A DNA stretch of 59,522 bases, the filler included, from Dirinaria sp. TL-2023a (Eukaryota): the NCBI GenBank assembly GCA_051941275.1. It is 3 parts of 3 records of this genome, joined end to end, with 100 filler letters (N's around TTAATTAATTAA, not from the genome) between each part and the next. Parts side by side here need not be neighbours in the genome. Positions count along the whole stretch, not along the records: positions 39,769 to 59,522 come from JAVEBF010000316.1; 2 more parts are not named here. One strand, written 5' to 3'. Both the position numbers and the translations under genes were made by a program. The notes beneath the pieces are model-generated. The model did no database searches, was not told the DNA's origin, and saw only the letters and a list, made by a program, of their open reading frames with translations. Shown here piece by piece: positions 50,883-59,522 of this stretch (positions are counted from its first letter, which is position 1; every line of letters begins with the position of its first letter).

Positions 50883-50945
50883 TCTTGGCCTCGGGCCGAG
50901 ATCAGCCGGTGGTTCTGAGGACATTGTTGAGTTGCCCACATCTAT
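50883..50945 (+). repeat. 63-bp direct repeat, copy 2 (just upstream of MHF1)
   Basis: TCTTGGCCTCGGGCCGAGATCAGCCGGTGGTTCTGAGGACATTGTTGAGTTGCCCACATCTAT; ends 28 bp before the MHF1 ATG. Confidence 0.93.
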
Positions 50946-50973
50946 CACCGCACGTACAGATAAACATCCAACG

Positions 50974-51455
50974 ATGGCAGAAGAAGAGGAAGGTGTTCTG
51001 GAAGAGGTACGTTGTGTCACTGCTAATCACTGCAGCTGCCAATATCTCTAGCGTCTCAAAGCCGCTCTCTGGTTCTCCATTGGGAAGATCGTCGATGAAG
51101 AAACCTTGAAACTTGGAGTCAATGCTACACCACAGTTCATTGGAGCTCTGACGGAGATGGTATGGGCGCAGATCGGTGAGCGTTCAGCCTGTGCGTCATG
51201 GTCGAGATCGCATCACTAACGAAATACCTCGTCCAGAGAATGTGAGCCAGGATCTTGAGAGCTTCTCCAAGTACGCATAGGACGAGCACTTACCTTCTTC
51301 CCTCACTCACAAGTACCAGGCATGCTGGACGCTCCACAATATCCGTCGACGATGTGATGCTGCTTTGCCGACGTAACGAGGGTCTTGAGGCCATCCTACG
51401 AAACTGTCTAGAAAGGAATACAGCTGCAAAGGGCAAGCCTGGCAAGAAAAGATGA
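50974..51455 (+). CDS. MHF1: Histone-fold protein MHF1 / CENP-S
   Basis: Four exons splice to MAEEEEGVLEE-RLKAALWFSIGKIVDEETLKLGVNATPQFIGALTEMVWAQI-ENVSQDLESFSK-HAGRSTISVDDVMLLCRRNEGL. Confidence 0.93.
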
Positions 51456-52014
51456 GACTCATGAGTCAGGAACTCAAGTTATAGCGGACTCGCATCACAT
51501 ATTCAGAAACGTTGGCTTCCCCGTCGTAGCGTGAAATGCAAGCGCCTGACGTGCCAAAAATCAGTCAACGAAGATCCGTGGATGAAAGTACCCTCAGGTG
51601 TCACCCTACAGCGGCTCATGGACACTGCAGGAACTGTCGCCGTGTCCTCTCGGAATTAGATGAGGATCATCGAAGATACTTAGTAGGCATCATTAAACGG
51701 TATCTAGCAAAATCCCCGAGGTATACGCCGTCAGACAACCTAGAGTCCTTAATGAGATCATGTCGAGAAGTTCAAACGCGCTCGTGACTTTAGCACATTC
51801 AGGTGCAATCTGAGCCTACCTTTGCAGTGGAACTGACAATATTGAGTATAACAAAAGACCAAGCGCCGTATTGCATAAGTGCTTAGCACGTGACGCTTCA
51901 ATATCAACATCATATCGGAGTATCTCAGCTCTATAATGCAGATTACACAATTTTTCAAAGCTATACCAAGAACATGGGCAGCTTATCGCATCCTTCCAAG
52001 GCAAAGATAATAGC

Positions 52015-53395
52015 TTATGCATTGACATCAACCAGAATTTTGACTTGGTTGTCTTTGTCGTGGATCAGTCTCTTGAAACCGTCTTCCTCAATGTGGTCCA
52101 TCTTGATCTTCGATGTGATCATCGATCCTGGATTTAGACGACCTAAGACATCTTATTTCAGATATTTCTCGCTTACTACAGTGAGTCCTGCTTACCGGAA
52201 CTAATAGCATCGATTACTTCTTGGAAATCCCCTTCCAGATACGTCGCGATTCCCATGTACTTCCGCTCCCTGAAGTTCATGTGATTGGGAATGAAGGTTG
52301 CTCTCTTTTCCCAGACTGCAATGTTGACAATGGTACCTCTTGCGCGTACGGACGAAATAGCTTGGTCAAACCCAATTTGAACGCCAGCAGCATCATACGC
52401 TATGTGTGCACCCTTATTGTCACATATCTCACGAACCCTGGCTGGTATATCCTCTTTCGTGGGATCAAGCACATAATCAGCACCGAATCGCTTCGCGAAT
52501 TCCCTCCGACGGGAGGCAATCTCTGATACGATGATTGTACCGGCTTCCATGACTTTGAGCGTTTGGATCACAGCAAGGCCAATAGGACCGCCTCCTAAGA
52601 TCAGCACGGCATCACCTTTCTCGAAAGGGCTGACTTTGACAGCATGCCAGGCCACAGCCAATGGTTCTACGAGGGCTTGCAGGGCAAGTTAGTCCAGCCA
52701 AACAAGTCCGAGACTTGACAAACCTCCGACTTCCATGGATACATTTTCTGGGATATGGTAGATTGCGTGGCGAGGGACCACGACATGTTCCGAAAGCCCG
52801 CCGCCCCATCCTGCCCAAATCATTCAGCGAGGTTCTGCGGAACTGACAGGGATGCCCTACCACTTAGCCCGACGAAACCTGTTCCTCATTAGCCTATTTC
52901 AGGAACGAAAAAAGTAGCATGGTATTGGGAATACGCTTTACCGTTTCCATCGCAGCAATTGATGTAACCTTCCTGACATGCGCCGCAGGTTCCGTCGTAG
53001 ATGATGGGCTGGATGACGACGCGGTCCCCGGGCTTCACGTCCAAGATCTCACTTCCCACTTCCTCGACGATGCCGCTAAACTCGTGTCCCATAGTCAGGG
53101 GCACTTGCTCTCCAGTGATGGCATGTGGTGTCGTCGGCATGATGCTGGCCCCTCCGAGATATTCGTTGAGATCTAAGGTGCTTAGCGAGGCCCCAATAGC
53201 GCCGGCCAGGAGAAATACCTGTTCCGCAGATACCCACAAACGCTGGCTTGACCTTGTTGGAGCTCAGCCAGATCTTTGCGCGACAGAACGATGGAGGGCC
53301 ATTCCTACCTTGATCTGCGCCTTTCCGCATTTTGGGACCTCAATCTCCTCCAGACGGATGTCTTTCTGTCCATGGAATCTTAGAGCTTTCATCAT
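52015..53395 (-). CDS. Zn-dependent MDR dehydrogenase, (R,R)-butanediol dehydrogenase-like
   Basis: MKALRFHGQKDIRLEE, VKPAFVGICGT-DLNEYLGG, GHEFSG, CGACQEGYINCC, EPLAVAWHAV, GGGPIG, and C-terminal KDNQVKILVDVNA*. Multiple short introns. Confidence 0.9.
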
Positions 53396-54339
53396 CTTGC
53401 CTGTCCGTCTTCGGTCCAAAGTGTCAAGAGCGATGAAGCAAGCAGGTGAGAGCAATAGTGTCTTTCTCTAGCACGATCTGTTCATTTCAGAGGCCTGTCG
53501 AAGCCCCACTGTTCCCGTGCTCCAGATCGGGTTCTTTCGGTATCACTTTCCTACGGTATCGGTCAATGGAACTGCTTCCCTCCCATTATCTCTGCATATT
53601 TATACTGTATATCTACCTTATCTCCTTATGTATGTACTTCTTGTGAGGATACTTTACCTTTACACGCTTGCTTGGCATGTCGTCAAATTGTTCCGCGTTT
53701 CGCCGGCCTTGAGCCCCACTTTCATCATGGCGGGGTAACTGGGCGATTGGCGGTTGGAAGATCTCCAGTTGGATCTCTTTGGGTCCTTGCAAGAAGACGG
53801 CAACAATAAGAACCAAGAACCAATTTGTTTTTCTCGACATCGCAATCTGCGTTCAATCGCTGAAGCAACCCTTGAACTCCCCTTTTTCTTTTTTTCTTTT
53901 TTTTTGGCTTTGGCTTTGAAATTGGCTGCCTTACCTAAGTAATACTCGTCGACGTTTCCGTTGATTATGCCCATGTTTCTCTTGCTCCACTCTATGCACC
54001 AGCGGGTCAAAACGAAGACCAATGCGCGATTCGTAAGTTTCGGCGATCTCGGCTCGAATGACTTATGCAGAGCGACCTAGTAGGTAGGATAGAAGTCGAC
54101 CAAGTCGCAGACAATGACGTCGGTAGAATGCAGCCGGACTGGAAAGTAGTGACATAATCCCTAGAAAAATCCAACTAAGGAAATATTTACTTCCTCACTC
54201 ATGTATTCTCTGAATCTCCGTCCCTCTCACCTGACTCCGTTGCGTTCTGAATTTTGGAAATCGAACTGACCCGTTAATTCTTCGTTCAATTCCTTTTGGA
54301 GAAAGCAAAAGCTACACAATACCCTGAACCACAGTCAGC

Positions 54340-55602
54340 ATGCCTTACCCGGATCATTTCGAAGGCTTCATGATCCAGTCCCAAGACAAATGGACGGACT
54401 TTAAAAAACAGGAAGTGAGCTGAATACCTCAACCATCTTGTCCAAGCTAATTCGACTCTCCTAGTTCAAAGTAAAGCCTTTTGGCCCTCGTGATGTCGAC
54501 ATCAAAATCGATGCATGCGGTGTTTGTGGATCCGACGTTCATACCATCAACGGCGGCTGGGGTGACGCTCCCATGCCCCTCTGTGTAGGGCATGAGGTTA
54601 TCGGCAAGGCCATCAAAGTCGGCGAAAAGGTGTCTACTGTCAAAGTGGGCGACCGCGTAGGCGTTGGTGCCCAGATAGGTTCTTGCCTTGAGTGCAAAAA
54701 CTGTAACTCGGACAACGAAAATTACTGCCCTCACCAAGTTGGTATGTTTCATCTGTCGAGTCGGTGGGGACCTTCGTCATGGCATTGCTCATTCTTCTTT
54801 TCTTTTCCAGACACGTACGGCGCGCCTTGGCCTGACAGCGGAGTCCTTTCACAAGGCGGCTACTCGAGCCACATTAGAGCTCATGAGTATTTCACCTTCC
54901 CAATCCCGAATGCCATCTCGACTGAAGAGGCTGCGCCGATGATGTGTGCCGGCCTCACGACCTACAGTCCGTTGCTGCGCGCTGGCACCGGCCCGGGCAA
55001 GAAGGTTGCAATAGTGGGAGTGTAAGTTCCCCAAATGTTGCTCCCTCGTGCTTTGATGCTGATACCTATCTGTCAGCGGTGGACTCGGCCACTTCGGTAT
55101 TCTCTGGGCCGCGGCCATGGGCGCTGAAGTGTACGCTATATCCCATTCCCCCAACAAGAAAAATGACGCTCTCGCCCTTGGCGCGAAAGAGTTCATTAGC
55201 TCGGGAGAAAAGGATTGGGCAAAGCCATGGGCCTTCACTTTTAACTTTATCCTCAACTGCGCCGACATGACACACCATTTTAATGTGGGTGAATACATGA
55301 GCACTCTCGCTGTCAATGGCACGTTTCACAACGTCGGAGTACCGGACGGGCCATTGCCGCAGTTGACGGTAAACGATTATATGGCAAATGGATGCTCAAC
55401 AGCGGCCAGCCATATCGGATCTAGACCGGAGATGCTGAAGATGTTGAAGTTGGCTGTCGACAAGAATCTACATCCCATCGTTGAGACGCTACCTATTGGC
55501 GAGAAGGGATGCGCCGAGGCTGTACAGCGCGTTGACAAAAACCAAGTCCGCTATCGGTTCACGTTGACCGACTACGACAAGGCCTTCCCTGACCGGAAGT
55601 GA
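54340..55602 (+). CDS. NADP-dependent alcohol dehydrogenase (ADH6/ADH7, cinnamyl-alcohol-dehydrogenase-like MDR)
   Basis: ACGVCGSDVH, GHEVIG, GDRVGVG, CLECKNC...NYC, AAPMMCAGLTTYSPL, GGLGHFG and VRYRFTL. Three GT-AG introns. Confidence 0.93.
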
Positions 55603-55932
55603 ACACATGAGAAGACGGAGAATATCCAGCTGGGCATTGGTGCAAGGATGAGTCCAAGCCCGGAATGCGAAATTTATCGTGTCGAAAGAAATAGATGATA
55701 CCTCCAGTACCATTGTACCGAGAAAACACGGCATGATTTAAAACCTAATTGCTATGTCTGCAATACTAGTTCAAGTTCGGATTTCTCGGGTGCGTTGTTT
55801 TGGACCATCCGGAATGCCAGCATTCCTCGCAAGAGCCCAATTTCCCACGTTTTTATTACAAGACTACAGTACCTTCGGTACTACGCTGTTCCTTTTTCCT
55901 GTCTCCATTCGTCACGAATCCAACTTCACGTC

Positions 55933-56553
55933 ATGAAGCCCACGCTCTTGCTCTCAATCTCCTTGCCTCCCGTTTTCGGCCTCGCACCACCAGTATACCC
56001 AGCATACTCCCCCTCCGTTGCACCCTATCCCTATCTCAACTCGACCGCCGCCTTCCCAACTGCCAGCAGACCAAGCAGCGGCTTTCCCTTCCCAACTTCT
56101 TCGCCGGGGAACACCACGGTCAATCATACCGTTGCCGTCACTCTCACTCATACTGTGATCCCCGTCCCATTCTTATCAACCGGTTCTCAGCCAGGCTTCA
56201 CTTCGCCATCACGCCCGCATCCATCTTTCCCAATACTCCCAGCAAATGGCACAACAGGATGTATACCTAACATGATCGAGTGCACAAGCAACACCACCTG
56301 GTCACTCTGCGCACCGATATCGAGCACACGGAACGCGTATGTTGGCATGGGCGACGTTGCGCCTGGCACGACATGTCAGGGGGGAAAGATCGTAAGGAAG
56401 ACGAACGGTGACTGTGCACCGGATGGGGCGCTCATTTGCGGCGACGGCGGCAAGACTTTCGCTGTGTGTGTTGAGGGGGGATTGGTCAGCTCGGGCAGTG
56501 TGGTGAATGGCACACGATGTGTGGATGGGCAGATTGAATATGCGGGTGTTTAA
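55933..56553 (+). CDS. Secreted Pro/Ser/Thr-rich protein with two C-terminal Cys-rich repeats (CBM19-like)
   Basis: Signal-like MKPTLLLSISLPPVFG and a mucin-like stalk, followed by two units: C...IEC...WSLC...MGDVAPGTTC and C...LIC...FAVC...GSVVNGTRC. Confidence 0.75.
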   Translation: MKPTLLLSISLPPVFGLAPPVYPAYSPSVAPYPYLNSTAAFPTASRPSSGFPFPTSSPGNTTVNHTVAVTLTHTVIPVPFLSTGSQPGFTSPSRPHPSFPILPANGTTGCIPNMIECTSNTTWSLCAPISSTRNAYVGMGDVAPGTTCQGGKIVRKTNGDCAPDGALICGDGGKTFAVCVEGGLVSSGSVVNGTRCVDGQIEYAGV

Positions 56554-57001
56554 GGAAAGTCACGGGCATAGGGAAAGTTGGTTTGTACTGGGAATAGATA
56601 TGGGAGGACGAGCGAGATGTGCTAAAGGGATGGAATAATGACGCATGAGCATACTCGGGATACATCGCTTTACGGTGCTGCTTGAATGGGAGGGAGGCAT
56701 TGGATCGTTGTATGCATTGTAATGTAGAGGCTAGATGAGGTTATGAACCACCTGAATTTGATGCCTGCAATTCCTGGCCTGGGCTGGCTCGCTGCTTTCT
56801 ATCGACATCAGACTCCAGATTTGGTATAGGACCTCTCATCTGTTATGTCCGAAGAGGGAATCAATGACGTCGAGGCACATAGTGTGACTGCCCTGATGCA
56901 TCGGCGCCAAGACCTCGTCCCAGATTGGCGAAACCAGATCGCGATTTCGCAGTCTTGGTCAAAGTGCAAGACGCGACCGTCGCTACAATATCAATATCTG
57001 C

Positions 57002-59479
57002 ATGCTTTCATCTCGTTGCGGCATCAAGTCGTGCATCGCAAGATCACGAATAGGACCTACCTACCCAATCTTCCGTTATCCAAACCCGTTACCTATCTCA
57101 CAAGTACATACGTTCTCACCGCGGCAGATCCAGCACTTGAACGAGCTGAAGAAGCCTTCCTTGCGCGCAATGGGTAAAAGGAAGAGCGCAACATTAGCAC
57201 AAGAGAGCTCGTTCGCAAAGGGGGAATCCATACCACCGCCGTCTCTTGACAACGAAGCGCGTCCTGCGAAACGCAGAGCAAGCCAGCGACAGCCTTCCCA
57301 AGCCAAGGCGAAGAAGCCACTGTCGACCAACCCAGACGAAAACGCGAACGTGCTCGACGCTCCTGGGCCGCTGCGGGCGTCGCCAGATGCGGACGAGAAC
57401 GATGAGCGAATGGATCTGGCACAGGCCGGCATGGACGTCGAGAACCAAATCAAGAACGAAAAGGACGATGAACCGCTTGCCAACGGGGATGAATCTGACT
57501 CGCCACTATCCGAGCTGGAATCTCCAGTACAGCCAGAAAAGGCCAAAAAACCGGGTCAAGCTGCTACGAAAGTGGATCAAAAGCAAGTGAAATCTGAGTC
57601 CAAGCCTTCAGGGGCCACAAAAACGAAGAATAATGAGCCGGCCAAGGATTCACAGTTTCTGGACCCCGAGGCCGACGATGTAGAAGAGGCGGACGAGGAG
57701 GAGATTCAGGCGGCTTTATTACGGCCACCCCCTGTGAACAGCGACTACCTTCCTTTACCGTGGAAGGGTAGGATAGGATACGTGAGTACAACTCGACATG
57801 TAAAATGATGATGCATGCGCTAAGAGTCAGATTAGGCATGCCTATGCACTTACCTCCGCTTCTCTAACCCTCCCGTGTTCACCTCACGCACATGTCGCAT
57901 CGCTTCCATACTCGAAAACCGCCACCCGTTGAAGGATCCCAATGCACCACCGCACGCGACGAAGAACAGGCCCGACAAAGAACAACCAGCCAGCATCGAA
58001 CGCGGGCAACAGTTCGTGGAGAGCTTAGGCCTAGCCAACGCGCGCGATATTGTCAAAATGCTTCGGTGGAACGACCGTTACGGCATCAAGTTCATGCGGC
58101 TCAGTAGTGAAATGTTTCCCTTCGCAAGTCATCCTGAATACGGCTACAAACTCGCTCCATTCGCTGCAGAAGCCTTAGCCGAGGCCGGGAAAGTCGCCGC
58201 AGAGCTTGGCCACCGGTTGACTACGCATCCTGGGCAATTCACCCAGCTAGGCTCGCCGCGCAAGCAAGTCATCGACAACGCCTTCCGTGATCTGGAGTAC
58301 CACGCAGAGCTACTCGATCTCCTCAAACTACCCCCGCAACAAGATCGTGACGCCGTCATGATCCTGCACATGGGCGGCATCTTCGGCGATAAACCCGCCA
58401 CGCTGGACCGGTTCCGGGAAAACTACGCCAAACTGCCGCCGAACGTCAAGAAGCGGCTCGTGCTCGAGAACGACGACGTCTGCTACTCGGTGCACGATCT
58501 GCTGCCCGTATGCGAGGAGCTGAACATCCCCCTCGTGCTCGACTTCCACCACCACAACATCGTCTTCGACGCCGACCAGATCCGCGAGGGGACCAGGGAC
58601 ATCATGGACCTGTTCCCGCGCATCCTCGCGACGTGGAAACGAAAAAACATCGCGCCGAAAATGCACTACTCGGAACCGACGCCGGCGGCGATCACGGGGC
58701 GGCAGAGGCGGAAACACAGCGCGCGGGTCGCGACCCTGCCGCCCTGCCCGCCGGACATGGATCTGATGATCGAAGCCAAGGACAAGGAGCAGGCGGTGTT
58801 CGAGCTGATGCGCATCTTCAAGCTGCCCGGCTTCGATTCCTTCAACGACATCGTCCCGCATGTGCGGCAGGACGATAATAAACCCGTCAAGACCCCGAAG
58901 AAGAAGAAAAAGACTCCTACTAAGAAAACCCCAAGAGCGGCCGAAGAAGAACCTCTCGACGAAGATGGAGATTCCCAACAGCAGCAGCAGCAGGCAATCA
59001 TCGAGGACGCCGACATCGGCATGGGCGGGCCCGAAGGCCGCGTCTACTGGCCGCCCGGCATGGAGGAATGGTTGCGCCCCGTGAAACGCGTCGTCAAGCC
59101 CAAAGACCCGGATGCGAAACCTACCCCTGCGCCTGCAAAAAAAGGGAAAAAAGCTGCCGCTGCCGCTGCAGAAGCAAAGCTAGAGGAGGAGGTCAAACCC
59201 GAAGTGCAAGAAGGTGCGACGCCAGCGCAGAAAGGCAAGAAAGCAGCAGCAGCAGCAGCGGCGGCGGCAGCGAAGAATAAGAAGAAAAAGAAAATTGAGA
59301 GTGTGCCCACGCCGTCGACGTCGGATCATGAGGTTGAGGCTGATGAAGGATATATGACGGAGAAGAAGAAGAAGGAGAGAAAGAAACGCGCCCCAGCGCC
59401 TAGGCGGCAGAGCAGAGGGAAGAAAATTGATTATAAGGAGCAGCTGGATGAGGATGAGGAGGAGGAGGGGGGGGAGTGA
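57002..59479 (+). CDS. UVE1: UV-damage endonuclease (UvsE/UVDE, mus-18 orthologue)
   Basis: LPLPWKGRIGY-ACLCTYLR, FTSRTCRI, IKFMRLSSEMFPFASH, RLTTHPGQF, ILHMGG, RLVLENDD, LDFHHH, KMHYSE and MIEAKDKEQ. Intron 57782-57836; Lys/Ala/Glu-rich tail. Confidence 0.97.
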
Positions 59480-59522
59480 AATGGATTGTTGAAAGTGGAT
59501 ATGGATCAGGCTAGTTATACTC

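Noticed and set aside
8398..54090. Scattered TAGGTA/TACCTT-type motifs in intergenic regions (for example near 8400, 21590, 29965, 40820 and 54078)
   Set aside because: Short, low-complexity and present on all three contigs. Likely a general intergenic feature, not specific to any system here.
57076..59310. Long antisense ORFs opposite UVE1 (and similar ones opposite the PKS, P450 and reductase)
   Set aside because: Shadow ORFs expected from GC-rich codon usage on the coding strand.
19897..59479. Apparent grouping of DNA repair genes (SFR1, MHF1, UVE1)
   Set aside because: SFR1 is on a different contig, and MHF1 and UVE1 are separated by unrelated genes. No cluster can be inferred.

Overview
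Intron-rich genomic DNA from a filamentous ascomycete (Pezizomycotina; a lichen-forming or similar fungus is possible but cannot be proven from the sequence alone). The window is not one locus. It is three pieces of about 19.8 kb (1-19796, 19897-39668, 39769-59522) joined by artificial 100-bp spacers (N44-TTAATTAATTAA-N44). Piece 1 is entirely a secondary-metabolite gene cluster, truncated at both ends: an adenylate-forming (A-T-R, NRPS-like) carboxylic acid reductase, a three-repeat Myb transcription factor, a cytochrome P450, an MFS transporter and a non-reducing PKS (SAT-KS-AT-PT-ACP-ACP-TE, no C-methyltransferase). This suggests an orsellinic acid to orsellinaldehyde-derived product. Piece 2 is mostly housekeeping: an SFR1/MEI5-like gene with a frameshift, an SRPBCC protein, a GFA/Mss4-like protein, GWT1, a con-13-like protein, MDM12, an Rrg1-like methyltransferase and a 48-aa Cys/His-rich microprotein. 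Piece 3 carries a PNPOx-like gene, a PGA2-like gene, a GMC oxidoreductase, a truncated PTH11/rhodopsin-type membrane gene, MHF1/CENP-S, two divergent MDR dehydrogenases, a secreted Cys-rich protein and UVE1. A 63-bp direct repeat brackets the 5.5-kb GMC plus truncated-membrane-gene block between the divergent PGA2 and MHF1 genes, which suggests an inserted cassette. Exon boundaries were inferred by eye from GT/GC-AG signals and frame continuity. Family assignments come from recognised motifs, not database searches.
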